NCBI GenBank assembly: GCA_963842525.1
Contig: CAWJGT010000009.1
Location: forward strand, 608,001 to 672,000
Length of the DNA: 64,000 bases
Reading direction: 5' to 3'
From: an uncultured Holophagales bacterium
Lineage (GTDB): Bacteria > Acidobacteriota > Thermoanaerobaculia > Multivoradales > UBA5704
Positions within the stretch are counted from its first letter, which is position 1, and the number at the start of each line of letters is the position of its first letter. The position numbers and the translations under genes were made by a program. Shown here one piece after another: positions 51,747 to 62,280 of the stretch. The notes under the pieces are model-generated. The model did no database searches. It was not told the DNA's origin and saw nothing but the letters and a program-made list of their open reading frames with translations.

Positions 51747-53099
51747 ATGCGACCCGACCGCTTCTTTCTCCTCGCCGGGCTGCTGTTCGGCCTCGCCTTC
51801 GTCTTCGGCACGCCGCCGTTCCAGGTTCCGGACGAGCCGTCCCATTTCTACCGCGCCTATGCGTTGAGCGAGGGCGAGCCGTGGGCACAGCGCGCCGGCG
51901 GGCGGCTGGGCGCAATGCTTCCGGCCAGCCTCCAGGAGCTCGTGACCGATCTGCGGGGCGATCTGCCGGGCCACCCCGAGCGGAAGATCTCTCCTGAAAA
52001 GATCCTGCGGGCGCTGCGGACACCCCTCGACGAGGAGCGGCGGGTTTTCCTCGAATACCGGACCTCGGCGCTCTACACCGCGGTCCCATATCTCCCCCAA
52101 GCGACCGGGATCGCCCTCGCCCGGTGGCTCGGAGCGCCCGCGCTCGGCCTGCTCTATGCGGCGCGGCTGGCCAACCTGCTCGTCGCGACCGCCCTGATCG
52201 TCATCGGCCTGCGCTGGCTCCCCTCCTATGTCTGGCTGGTCACGATGCTCGCGTTGACGCCGATGGCGCTCTTCCAGCGCGCTTCGGCCTCGGCGGATGC
52301 GCCCACCGGCGCCCTGGCCTTCCTGCTGGTCGGCGCCGTCGCAAGGCTCGCCTGGGGAGCGGAGGAGAGGAGAGGATGGCGCGACTTCGCGGTCGTGACG
52401 GCTTGCACGGCGGCGCTCTGCCTGTCGAAGCTCTACGTCGCCCTTGCCTGCCTGGTGCTCCTGGTCCCTGCCGCACGCTTTCCCGGCGGCCGGCGCGGAC
52501 CGGCCCTCGCGCTCTTCGCGGTGATCATCGCCGCTGCCACCGCCCTGGCGCTGGCGACCGCGGGCGCCGTGGACGTTTCCATCCGGCCGGACGCCCCCGC
52601 GGTGGACAAGAGCCGACAGCTCCAGCATGTGCTGGCCGACCCTTTCCGGGTGGCCGGGATCTTCGTCGAGGACTATCTGGAGCGCGGGGACCGCTACATG
52701 GCCCAGATCGTGGGACAGCTCGGCTGGCTCGATGTGAATCTTCCCAAGCCGTTCCTGTGGGGATATCTGGCCGTGCTCGGCCTGCTGGTGCTCTTCGACA
52801 GCCGGCGGCAGGTGGAGGTGAGGCCGTGGCAGCGGGCCCTCCTGGGCCTCATGGTGCTGGCGACCCTCGCGCTGATCAGCATCTCGCAATACCTCCTCTG
52901 GACGCCCTACGGAGCAAGCTACGTCGAGGGCACCCAGGGACGCTATTTCATCCCCATGGCCCCGGCTGCGGCGTGGCTTCTCCACACCCGGCGTTTCGCG
53001 GTCGACCAGAATCTCCTCGACCGGACTCTGCCCTGGCTCAGCCTGCTCTCCTGCGGTTTCGCCTTCTGGCTGGTATTGCGGCGATACTACGGGGTCTGA
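51747..53099 (+). CDS. DUF2142-like multi-pass membrane protein (putative GT-C glycosyltransferase)
   Basis: PPFQVPDEPSHFYRAY, YLPQA.G, GQLGWLD, QGRYFIP; many TM helices. Confidence 0.82.
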   Translation: MRPDRFFLLAGLLFGLAFVFGTPPFQVPDEPSHFYRAYALSEGEPWAQRAGGRLGAMLPASLQELVTDLRGDLPGHPERKISPEKILRALRTPLDEERRVFLEYRTSALYTAVPYLPQATGIALARWLGAPALGLLYAARLANLLVATALIVIGLRWLPSYVWLVTMLALTPMALFQRASASADAPTGALAFLLVGAVARLAWGAEERRGWRDFAVVTACTAALCLSKLYVALACLVLLVPAARFPGGRRGPALALFAVIIAAATALALATAGAVDVSIRPDAPAVDKSRQLQHVLADPFRVAGIFVEDYLERGDRYMAQIVGQLGWLDVNLPKPFLWGYLAVLGLLVLFDSRRQVEVRPWQRALLGLMVLATLALISISQYLLWTPYGASYVEGTQGRYFIPMAPAAAWLLHTRRFAVDQNLLDRTLPWLSLLSCGFAFWLVLRRYYGV

Positions 53100-53110
53100 G
53101 ACTCACGATC

Positions 53111-54772
53111 ATGGATCCCCGGACCCGAACCTCGACAAGTGCGCGGATGCGCTGGGCCCTCGGGCTCGCGGCCGTCGTGTGGGTGCTGCCCCTCTGGGTG
53201 ATCCGCTTCCTGCCGATGCTGGACTACCCCCAGCAACTGGCCATGGCCGCGATCCTGCGCTGGTACCACGACCCGGTGCGGAGATTCGCCGAGACCTTCG
53301 ACCTGGCGCTGTGGCGGCCGCAGGGGCTCTTCGAGATGGTCACCGCCGGCCTGGCGTGGGTCCTGCCGATCGAGAGCGCGGGCAAGCTCGTCATCGCTCT
53401 CTCCCTGGCCGCGGTGCTGCCCGCAGCGATAGCCCTCTGCCGACGGACCGGATGTCCGGACTGGTATGCGCTCCTGGCCCTCGCGGTCACCTACAACCAT
53501 GCATTCTACTGGGGCTTCGCGGACAACCTCCCGGCCTATCCGCTGGTGCTGGCCGGCCTCGCCCTGGCGGACCGGCTGTTCGACCGCCCGCTGCGGCCGT
53601 CCGGCTGGCTGCTGCTGGCGGGCTACGCCCTGCTTTTCTATACGGTCCACCTCGAGTTTCTGCTGGTGCTGGTGGGCGGCATCGCCTGGCTCGCTCTCGT
53701 CCGGCGGTCCGGCCTGCGCGAGCTGCTCGTCCGGCTGTCGACCGTGGTGCCCGGCCTGGCGCTGGGCGCCGGCGTGCTCGGCTGGGCCCATCTGCACCAG
53801 GCCGAGGTGATGACCGCCTACCAGCGCCACCTCCAGACCGAGGAGACCCGCTGGTCCAGCTTCGCGGACAAGCTCGCGACCGTGCCGGACAAGCTCTTCG
53901 GTGCCTACAGCAGCGGCACGCAGTGGCTGCTCCTGATCCTCCTGCTGGCGGTGGCCGCTCTCCTGGTCCCCAATTCTTCACGCCAGGAAGGGGAGGAGCG
54001 GGGAAGCCTCCTCTTCCGCAGCCGTTTCGGGGTGGCTGCCGCGGTGCTCTTCCTCCTCTCCTTCATCCTGCCCGAGTTCTCGCGTGGCTACATGGTCGCG
54101 GAGCGGCTCGTTGCCATGGCGGCCATGCTGGCCGTGCCCGCCATGCCGTGCCCGCGCTCGGCGCCGCAACGGCGGCTGGCGGCGCTCCTGGTCTGCGTGC
54201 TTCTCGTGGTCCAATGGGGCCAGACCGTGGCCAGCTTCCTCCGCTTCTCCGCCGAGACCGCGGGATTGAGCGAGCTGCTCGACTCGACCGAGCCGGGTCA
54301 GTCGCTCGCCGGGCTGATCTACGAGCGGACCGACGAGTGGGACATCCCCCATGTGCTGGCCCATTACGAGGCATACTATCAGGTGCTCCAGGGAGGAAGG
54401 ACCCACTTCACCTTCGTCCAGTTCTTCAACTCTCCGGTCCGTTTCCGGCCGGGGCAGAACTGGCCCGACGACCTGGTCGTGGAATGGGACGAATGGAACC
54501 CGTGGGACTTCCGGTACAGGCGGCACGGAGAGCCCTTCCGCTACTTCCTCCTGTACGGCTCCCGGCTCCACCTGATGGCGGCATTCGGCCGGCATCTCGG
54601 GGAGGTGAGCGTGCGCCAGGCCGGGCGCTGGTTCCTGATCGAGCGCGTCCCGTCTAGAATGGCAGCGCGAGGTGCGCCGTGGATCATTCACCATCCCGAG
54701 CCGGTCGACTCAGTCCCGAGGTGGAGGAGCGGTTTCTCCACGGAGCCCGCGAAGCGGCCAGGTTCTTCATGA
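53111..54772 (+). CDS. Multi-pass membrane protein (putative GT-C fold)
   Basis: LPMLDYPQQ after TM1, YNHAFYWGF, many TM segments, soluble C-terminal domain; 3' end overlaps the next gene and is uncertain. Confidence 0.72.
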   Translation: MDPRTRTSTSARMRWALGLAAVVWVLPLWVIRFLPMLDYPQQLAMAAILRWYHDPVRRFAETFDLALWRPQGLFEMVTAGLAWVLPIESAGKLVIALSLAAVLPAAIALCRRTGCPDWYALLALAVTYNHAFYWGFADNLPAYPLVLAGLALADRLFDRPLRPSGWLLLAGYALLFYTVHLEFLLVLVGGIAWLALVRRSGLRELLVRLSTVVPGLALGAGVLGWAHLHQAEVMTAYQRHLQTEETRWSSFADKLATVPDKLFGAYSSGTQWLLLILLLAVAALLVPNSSRQEGEERGSLLFRSRFGVAAAVLFLLSFILPEFSRGYMVAERLVAMAAMLAVPAMPCPRSAPQRRLAALLVCVLLVVQWGQTVASFLRFSAETAGLSELLDSTEPGQSLAGLIYERTDEWDIPHVLAHYEAYYQVLQGGRTHFTFVQFFNSPVRFRPGQNWPDDLVVEWDEWNPWDFRYRRHGEPFRYFLLYGSRLHLMAAFGRHLGEVSVRQAGRWFLIERVPSRMAARGAPWIIHHPEPVDSVPRWRSGFSTEPAKRPGSS

Positions 54773-55320
54773 ACAAGTCCAACGTGCATGAAGCGCTGGA
54801 GCGTCTGGTGGAGCGCCTGACGGAGCTGAAGATCCCCTACGCGATCGTCGGCGCCTTGTCCCTCAATGCCTACGGCTACCAGCGGACGACCAGCGACGTT
54901 GATGTGCTCCTGCGCCGGGACGACCTGGAGTCCTTCAAAAAGGCGTATCTCGGACGCGGGTACGTCGAAAAATTTCCGGGCAGCAAAGGGCTTCGGGATG
55001 CAACCCAGAACGTCGACATCGACGTCCTCCTCACGGGTGACTATCCAGGCGACGGGAAGGAGAAGCCCGTCGCCTTCCCCGATCCGGCCAAGGCGGCCGT
55101 GCGCGGTGAGCGCTTCGCGCTCCTGCCGCTCTCCACTCTGATCGAGCTCAAGCTGGCGTCCGGAATGACCGCGCCTCACAGGCTCCGGGACCTGGCCGAC
55201 GTCATCGAGCTGATCCGGGAGAACGCGATCGAGGAGAGCTTTGCCGAGTCACTTCATCCCTATGTGCGGGAGAAGTTCCGCGAGCTCTGGCAGGCCGCCC
55301 AGGCCCATGATGCCGAGTGA
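54679..55320 (+). CDS. Pol-beta superfamily nucleotidyltransferase (AbiEii/MenT-like)
   Basis: YAIVGA...RTTSDVDVL, DIDVL, LIELKLAS...RLRDLADV. Confidence 0.8.
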   Translation: MDHSPSRAGRLSPEVEERFLHGAREAARFFMNKSNVHEALERLVERLTELKIPYAIVGALSLNAYGYQRTTSDVDVLLRRDDLESFKKAYLGRGYVEKFPGSKGLRDATQNVDIDVLLTGDYPGDGKEKPVAFPDPAKAAVRGERFALLPLSTLIELKLASGMTAPHRLRDLADVIELIRENAIEESFAESLHPYVREKFRELWQAAQAHDAE

Positions 55321-55346
55321 CCGGGTTTTTGAAAAAGGGGGGGAAG

Positions 55347-55373
55347 GGCCCCCGGCAAGACACACCGGGGGCC
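55347..55373. terminator. Hairpin between convergent genes
   Basis: GGCCCCCGG-loop-CCGGGGGCC. Confidence 0.5.
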
Positions 55374-55423
55374 TGCCCTCGCCGCGGAAGCGAGAAGCCG
55401 GGAGGCGTGAGCCCGGAGCGGGG

Positions 55424-56872
55424 TCAGCGGACGCGTTTCATGGGAGACGGCGGCGGCGGGGGAGGGATCTTCGAGCGATCGGCGAGGTGGCTGCCGAGCG
55501 ATCTCAAGGTGGCCTCTCCGCCGCTGGTCAGCGCGAGCTGGGATGTGTGCTCCACGATCTCCTTGCGGGCTCCCTCGCGGTACCGCAGAGCCGTCCGGAA
55601 GTGGAAGGTCAGGGTCTGGCCGTCGATCGACAGGTCATAGGCGGGGATGTCGACGGTGTCGGTGCGTAGCGAGCCGTCCTCGTCCTTCAGGTGCCTGTAG
55701 AGGGTGAGGATCGCCTCGGGCCGGCCGTTGGTCAGCCGGACCTCGAGCTCGCTGCCGGGGAGCTTGCTGCCGTCGTCGGTGGGGAAGCCGCTCTGCCAGA
55801 CTCCCAGGAAGGGCTTCCAGGAAGCGGTGTCCTGGCCTGGAGCCGCAGGGGCGCGGGCCGCCAGGGAGGAGGCCGCGAGGCCGGTGCCGGCCAGGATAAG
55901 AAGGGCGAAGCAGAGGGAGGCGAGCGCCAGGCGCGCGCCCAGGCGAGACCGCGGATCGGTCAACCGTTTCATACGTACCTCCAGGGTTTCGGCGGTGTCC
56001 GATTGATGGACGCCGAGAGTGAAGACCGGTCGGGGGAGACCGGCGATGGAGGCAGCCAGGGAGAGGAGCGACCGGGCATAGGCGCGGGCGCCGATCAGCC
56101 TCTCCACCGTGGCCTCGTCGCAGGCCATCTCCCGGGTTTCAGCGAGCCGGCGCCGGAGACGGCGGACGGCGGGGTGGAAGGCGAGAGGAACGAGGAGCGC
56201 CTCGCCCAGGAGATGGAGGGCGTAATCCCTCCGCCGGACGTGCGCCATCTCGTGGCCCAGGCAGGTGATCAGCTCCTCCGGAGTGGCGGCCGCCGGGAAG
56301 CCCGGAGGGAGCAGGATGACGGGGCGCAGGGCCCCGAGGGTGAGCGGACCGGGGATCCGGTCGGAGGCGAAGAGGTCGACCCGGTCGAGGCCGAAGGCCT
56401 CGCGGCAGCGCTCCGCAATGGCTGCCGCCTCGGCGGGGAGCGGCAGCGGCTGCGCCGTGCGGGCCAGGGCGCGGGCCCGCCGCCAGGACCATACTAGCCG
56501 GCCGGCATGGGCCAACACGGAAGCCCCATACAGTAAGGCCAGCGCCGTCAGGGCGAACGGGGGGACGATCGAGCGGTGCCCGGCAGGCGGCCGTGGCTCC
56601 CCGGCGGCTTCCACGATTCCAACATCGGCCGGGGTCAGGGCCTGCGCATCGAGCACCGGCGGGGCGCCGGCCTCGGGAGAGCTTTCCGGGACCAGGCTGG
56701 CTGCCGGCAGCAGAAGGCAGGTCCCCAGCGACGCCAGCCAGAGGGCATGGCGCAGGCGCGCCGGCCCTCGATGCAGGAGGCGCTCTGTCAGGGAGGCGGC
56801 CAGCACGACGAGCGGCACCTGCCAGAGAGCGTTCAGCAGGAAGGTCAGAGCGAGCGCCTCAAGCCTCTCCAT
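55424..56872 (-). CDS. BlaR1/M56 family metallopeptidase sensor
   Basis: TM N-terminus, RPVILLP, HEMAHVRRRDY, REMACDE. Confidence 0.92.
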   Translation of the reverse strand: MERLEALALTFLLNALWQVPLVVLAASLTERLLHRGPARLRHALWLASLGTCLLLPAASLVPESSPEAGAPPVLDAQALTPADVGIVEAAGEPRPPAGHRSIVPPFALTALALLYGASVLAHAGRLVWSWRRARALARTAQPLPLPAEAAAIAERCREAFGLDRVDLFASDRIPGPLTLGALRPVILLPPGFPAAATPEELITCLGHEMAHVRRRDYALHLLGEALLVPLAFHPAVRRLRRRLAETREMACDEATVERLIGARAYARSLLSLAASIAGLPRPVFTLGVHQSDTAETLEVRMKRLTDPRSRLGARLALASLCFALLILAGTGLAASSLAARAPAAPGQDTASWKPFLGVWQSGFPTDDGSKLPGSELEVRLTNGRPEAILTLYRHLKDEDGSLRTDTVDIPAYDLSIDGQTLTFHFRTALRYREGARKEIVEHTSQLALTSGGEATLRSLGSHLADRSKIPPPPPPSPMKRVR

Positions 56873-57251
56873 GGCCGTCCTCCTCGAGCAGCGCCGTGAG
56901 CCGGGCCAGCTTCTTCGGGGTCAATTGCCGGGTCTCCACCAGGCTCAGGACCAGGTCCTCGGCCGAGCCGTCGAACATCCGCTGCACCAGGTCGCCGACC
57001 GCCAGCCGCGCCGCCTGCGGGCGGGTGACCGCGGGCTCGTAGAGGAAGGCGCGGCCCTGCAGCTCGCGCCGTACCTTCTCCTTACGGTGCAGCACGTTGA
57101 GCATCGTCTGGACCGTGTTGTAGGCCAGCGTGCGCTCGGCCGGCAGCCGCTCCTGGACGGTCTGCACGGAAGCGGGTCCGGTCTCCCAGAGAACCTTCAT
57201 GATCTCCAGCTCCAGGGGCGTGAGCTGCTCGGTGGATTGCCGCTTCCGCAT
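56859..57251 (-). CDS. BlaI/MecI/CopY family repressor
   Basis: LTPLELEIMKVLW, LAYNTVQTML..L..K..V.R...GRAFLY. Confidence 0.94.
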   Translation of the reverse strand: MRKRQSTEQLTPLELEIMKVLWETGPASVQTVQERLPAERTLAYNTVQTMLNVLHRKEKVRRELQGRAFLYEPAVTRPQAARLAVGDLVQRMFDGSAEDLVLSLVETRQLTPKKLARLTALLEEDGHGEA

Positions 57252-57260
57252 CGGGCACCT

Positions 57261-57316
57261 CCTAATGATTTCGGAGTGTAACCCGGTCCGCGGCGGCTGT
57301 CAACTAAGATTTTAGG
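57261..57316 (-). promoter_or_regulatory. Promoter of the BlaI-like gene with two flanking palindromic operators
   Basis: TTGACA(57298-57303)-17-TACACT(57275-57280); CCTAA-N4-TTAGG-like boxes at 57261-57274 and 57303-57316. Confidence 0.75.
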
Positions 57317-57530
57317 ACTTCACCAGGCCGGGCGGACGGTCCACTCCTCGGCTGTCCGGCCCGCTCCACGGAGCAGGTCGTCCGTTCCGCGGAGCGGAAG
57401 CCCCAGAATTCGATGATGCCGTCATGGTCCACTGGTCCACAGGAATGTCTGGACAGGAGAAAGCAGTTCTGGCATACTACCCGTCCCCTCGGGGCGCCCT
57501 CCCAAGGTCGTAACCAGCGAGCGAAGGGGC

Positions 57531-57559
57531 TTTACACGGAGATGGGTAGGCTGTACCAT
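57531..57559 (+). promoter_or_regulatory. Promoter for tRNA-Thr-tuf
   Basis: TTTACA-17-TACCAT. Confidence 0.65.
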
Positions 57560-57622
57560 CTTGCGGTTTCGCCGTCAGGAACGTCCGAGCAGCAGCTCCG
57601 GGCGAACCTACGGGTGTCTCAA

Positions 57623-57697
57623 GCCCACGTGGCTCAGGGGTAGAGCACTTCCTTGGTAAGGAAGGGGTCACCGGTTCAAATCCGGTCGTGGGCTCCA
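57623..57697 (+). tRNA. tRNA-Thr(GGT)
   Basis: Cloverleaf, CT-TGGTAA region with GGT anticodon, CCA. Confidence 0.96.
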
Positions 57698-57771
57698 TAG
57701 ATTCAACGTAGATTCAAGTCAACCGAGCTGTGACTTCAACAACCGAGATTTCGGGAGGCAGATAGAGCGCC

Positions 57772-58965
<1,194 letters not shown>

Positions 58966-58979
58966 ATTAGGCAGGATAC

Positions 58980-59056
58980 AGGGCAGTAGCTCGAACTGGT
59001 AGAGCATCGGTCTCCAAAACCGAGGGTTGGGGGTTCGAATCCCTCCTGCCCTGCCA
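58980..59056 (+). tRNA. tRNA-Trp(CCA)
   Basis: Cloverleaf, CT-CCA-AA loop, CCA end. Confidence 0.96.
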
Positions 59057-59077
59057 ATCTTCTCGGAGCACAAAAGC

Positions 59078-59281
59078 ATGATGGACTGGTGGAACAAGGC
59101 GAAGACGTTTCTCTCGGAGGTGCGTTCCGAGATGAAGAAGGTCTCCTTTCCCTCGCGCGACGAGGTGGTGGGGACCACGATCGTGGTGATCGTCACCAGC
59201 TTCATCTTCGCGGTCTTCCTGTTTCTCGCCGATCAGCTCATCGTCCTGGGCTACCAGGGTCTGGTGAAGGTGTTGGGATGA
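59078..59281 (+). CDS. secE: Preprotein translocase subunit SecE
   Basis: FLSEVRSEMKKVSFP plus one TM helix; lies before nusG. Confidence 0.95.
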   Translation: MMDWWNKAKTFLSEVRSEMKKVSFPSRDEVVGTTIVVIVTSFIFAVFLFLADQLIVLGYQGLVKVLG

Positions 59282-59826
59282 TGACCGAGGCGGGCGCCGG
59301 CAAGAAGTGGTACATCGTCCACACCTACTCCGGGTTCGAGGAGCGGGTCAAGGAGACGCTGCGCCAGCGAGCCGAGGCGCTCGGCATGGGGCAGTCCTTC
59401 GGCGACATCCGCATCCCGACCGAGACGGTGGTCGAGTACAAGGGCGGCAAGAAGAAGGAGACCCAGCGCAAGTTCTTCCCCGGCTACATCCTCGTCGAGA
59501 TGGAGATGTCCGACGACACGTGGCACGTGGTCAAGAACACGCCGAAGGTCACCGGCTTCGTGGGCACCGGCAAGAAGCCGACGCCGCTCTCCGAGGAGGA
59601 GGTCAACCAGATCCTCGAGCAGGTGGTGACCGCCAAGGAGAAGCCGAAGCCCAAGTACGTGTTCGAGAAGGCCGAGCCGGTGCGGATCACGGACGGGCCG
59701 TTCAACAACTTCACGGGCGTGGTGGACGAGGTCAACCTCGACCGCAACACCCTGAAGGTCATGGTGACGATCTTCGGCCGGCAGACGCCGGTCGAGCTGG
59801 ACTTCTCGCAGGTCCAGAAGATCTGA
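59278..59826 (+). CDS. nusG: Transcription termination/antitermination factor NusG
   Basis: WYIVHTYSGFE, FFPGYILV, GPF.NF.G.V, IFGR.TPVEL. Confidence 0.98.
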   Translation: MMTEAGAGKKWYIVHTYSGFEERVKETLRQRAEALGMGQSFGDIRIPTETVVEYKGGKKKETQRKFFPGYILVEMEMSDDTWHVVKNTPKVTGFVGTGKKPTPLSEEEVNQILEQVVTAKEKPKPKYVFEKAEPVRITDGPFNNFTGVVDEVNLDRNTLKVMVTIFGRQTPVELDFSQVQKI

Positions 59827-59848
59827 TCCGCGCCGCTGAGGACAATTT

Positions 59849-60274
59849 ATGGCGAAGAAGATCACTGGCTATATCAAGCTGCAGATTCCCGCCGGCGCGG
59901 CGACGCCGGCTCCCCCGGTTGGCCCCGCCCTGGGCCAGGCGGGCGTCAACATCATGGATTTCGTGAAGAATTTCAACGCCCGGACCGCGGCGCAGACGGG
60001 GCTCATCATCCCGGTGGTCATCACCGTCTACGCCGACCGCAGCTACACCTTCATTACCAAGACGCCCCCGGCGGCGATCCTGTTGAAGAAGGCGGCCGGG
60101 GTCGACAAGGGCTCGGGCGAGCCGAACAAGAAGAAGATCGGCCGCGTGACCCGGGCGCAGGTCGAGGAGATCGCCAAGACCAAGATGCCCGACTTGAACG
60201 CGGCCAACCTGGAGGCGGCGGTCAAGACCGTCGAGGGCACGGCCCGCTCCATGGGCCTCGAGGTCGAGGGTTAA
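59849..60274 (+). CDS. rplK: 50S ribosomal protein L11
   Basis: [22 protein letters not shown]. Confidence 0.98.
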   Translation: MAKKITGYIKLQIPAGAATPAPPVGPALGQAGVNIMDFVKNFNARTAAQTGLIIPVVITVYADRSYTFITKTPPAAILLKKAAGVDKGSGEPNKKKIGRVTRAQVEEIAKTKMPDLNAANLEAAVKTVEGTARSMGLEVEG

Positions 60275-60285
60275 GGAGAACAGCT

Positions 60286-60984
60286 GTGGCGAAGCACGGA
60301 AAGAAGTATCAGGCGGCAGCCCAGAAGGTGGAGCCGCGGGCCTACACCCTGCCCGACGCCCTCGCCCTGGCGAAGGACGCGGCGTACGTCAAGTTCGACG
60401 AGACGGTCGAGGTCTCGATGCGGCTGGGGGTCGACCCCAAGCACGCCGACCAGATGGTCCGCGGCACGGTGGTGCTGCCCCACGGGCTCGGCAAGTCGGT
60501 CCGCGTCCTGGTGTTCGCCAGCGGCGAGAAGATCCGCGAGGCCGAGGAGGCCGGCGCGGACCACGTGGGCGGCGACGACGTGGCCAAGAAGATCGAAGGC
60601 GGCTGGCTCGATTTCGACGCGGTGGTGGCGACCCCGGACATGATGCGGGTCGTCGGCCGCCTGGGCAAGGTCCTTGGCCCCCGTGGCCTGATGCCGAACC
60701 CCAAGGCGGGCACCGTCACCGTGGACGTGGCCAAGGCGGTCCAGGACATCAAGGCCGGCAAGGTGGAGTTCCGCGTCGACAAGACCGGCATCATCCACGC
60801 GCCGATCGGCAAGCTCTCCTTCGGGGCCGACCGGCTGCGGGAGAACGCCGACGCCCTGATCGGCGCCGTGATCAAGGCCAAGCCGAGCGCGGCCAAGGGC
60901 AAGTACGTCAAGGGCGTGAGCCTGTCGTCCACCATGGGACCCGGCATCAAGGTGGATGAGACCGCCCTCACTGTAGAGGCGTAG
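60286..60984 (+). CDS. rplA: 50S ribosomal protein L1
   Basis: [25 protein letters not shown]. Confidence 0.98.
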   Translation: MAKHGKKYQAAAQKVEPRAYTLPDALALAKDAAYVKFDETVEVSMRLGVDPKHADQMVRGTVVLPHGLGKSVRVLVFASGEKIREAEEAGADHVGGDDVAKKIEGGWLDFDAVVATPDMMRVVGRLGKVLGPRGLMPNPKAGTVTVDVAKAVQDIKAGKVEFRVDKTGIIHAPIGKLSFGADRLRENADALIGAVIKAKPSAAKGKYVKGVSLSSTMGPGIKVDETALTVEA

Positions 60985-60996
60985 GAGGGAACGACC

Positions 60997-61557
60997 ATGC
61001 CTTTGACCCGTACCCAGAAAGAAGAGCTGCTCGCGGAGTACGAGCAGGGCCTGAAGTCCGCTCCGCACGTCTTCCTGGTGGGCTACCAGGGGATCACCGT
61101 GCCGCAGGTCACCGCTCTGCGCGAGAAGGTGCGCGGGAGCGGCGGCCAGTACGTGGTGGTGAAGAACACGCTGGCCCTGCGCGCCATCGACGGCGCCGCC
61201 CTGTCGGCCTTGAAGGAGCACTTCGTCGGCCCGACCGCCGTGGCCTACAGCGAGCAGGACCCGGTCTCCCTGGCCAAGGCCCTGACCGACTTCGCCAAGG
61301 ACGTACCGGCGGTCAAGTTCAAGGCCGGCCTGGTGGAGGGGCGGGCGATCGCGGCCGACCAGATCAAGGACATCGCTTCGCTGCCCGGCCGGGAGGAGCT
61401 GATCGCCAAGCTGCTCTTCCTGCTGCAGTCGCCGATCACGCGCTTCGTGCGGGTGCTCGCGGCCTTGCCGCGGTCGTTCGTGGTGGTGCTGGATCAGGTC
61501 CGCATCCAGAAGGAACAGCAGGCCTCGGAGCCTGTCCAGGAATCTGCCCAGGAATAA
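60997..61557 (+). CDS. rplJ: 50S ribosomal protein L10
   Basis: [26 protein letters not shown]. Confidence 0.96.
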   Translation: MPLTRTQKEELLAEYEQGLKSAPHVFLVGYQGITVPQVTALREKVRGSGGQYVVVKNTLALRAIDGAALSALKEHFVGPTAVAYSEQDPVSLAKALTDFAKDVPAVKFKAGLVEGRAIAADQIKDIASLPGREELIAKLLFLLQSPITRFVRVLAALPRSFVVVLDQVRIQKEQQASEPVQESAQE

Positions 61558-61610
61558 GAACAGAGATTGAATTCCGGACTTTCGCAGTCCGCAGCGCGTA
61601 AGGAGAGAAC

Positions 61611-61988
61611 ATGGCTATCGCGACCCAGGAGCTCATCACCCAGATCGACGGCATGACCGTCCTCGAGCTGAACCAGCTCGTCAAGGCGCTCGAGGAGCAC
61701 TACGGTGTCTCCGCGGCCGCCGCGGCCGTGGCCGCGCCGGCGGCCGGGGCTGCGGCCGCCGCGCCCGTCGAGGAGAAGACCGAGTTCGACGTCATCCTCA
61801 AGGCGGCGGGTGACAAGAAGATCAACGTCATCAAGGCGGTCCGCGAGGTCACCAGCCTCGGCCTGAAGGAGGCCAAGGACCTCGTCGAGTCCGCCCCGGC
61901 CCCGATCAAGGAGGGGATCTCCAAGGATGAGGCCGAGGCAGTCAAGAAGAAGTTCGAAGAGGCCGGCGCCACGGTGGAGCTCAAGTAA
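61611..61988 (+). CDS. rplL: 50S ribosomal protein L7/L12
   Basis: [29 protein letters not shown]. Confidence 0.98.
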   Translation: MAIATQELITQIDGMTVLELNQLVKALEEHYGVSAAAAAVAAPAAGAAAAAPVEEKTEFDVILKAAGDKKINVIKAVREVTSLGLKEAKDLVESAPAPIKEGISKDEAEAVKKKFEEAGATVELK

Positions 61989-62131
61989 ACCCCGCACGTG
62001 GACCTGCGGACCACGTCGGCACGCGCCTCGACGATCCGGAAGCTCCGTCCGCCCTGCAGGCTCCTGGGCGGATGCTCCGCGCGCCCAGGGCATAAATGGG
62101 GCGCCGCGGTTGTTCTGGAATTTGACGATTA

Positions 62132-62177
62132 CCATGCCCGGCGCCCCATCGCGAAACGAGCGGTGGGCTGGGCATGG
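62132..62177 (+). promoter_or_regulatory. Long stem-loop in the rplL-rpoB spacer (attenuator or processing site?)
   Basis: CCATGCCCGG..CCCATCGC / GCGGTGGG.CTGGGCATGG. Confidence 0.5.
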
Positions 62178-62280
62178 TGTCTCCTGCTTTCGCGCCAGGA
62201 GTCCCGATACCCTCCACGGCAGGCCCATGGTTGCCGCGTAGATCTCTTACCAGGCATCGAGGAGATAGCAAGGACCACCT

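Noticed and set aside
52124-53110. N-terminal extension of the 882-aa ORF
   Set aside because: Overlaps the DUF2142-like gene in another frame with Arg/Pro-rich shadow composition; the real start is 53111 or slightly later
57360-57368. CCCGCTCCA matching the tRNA-Gly 3' end as an attR site
   Set aside because: Only 9 bp and GC-rich, so compatible with chance; no integrase nearby
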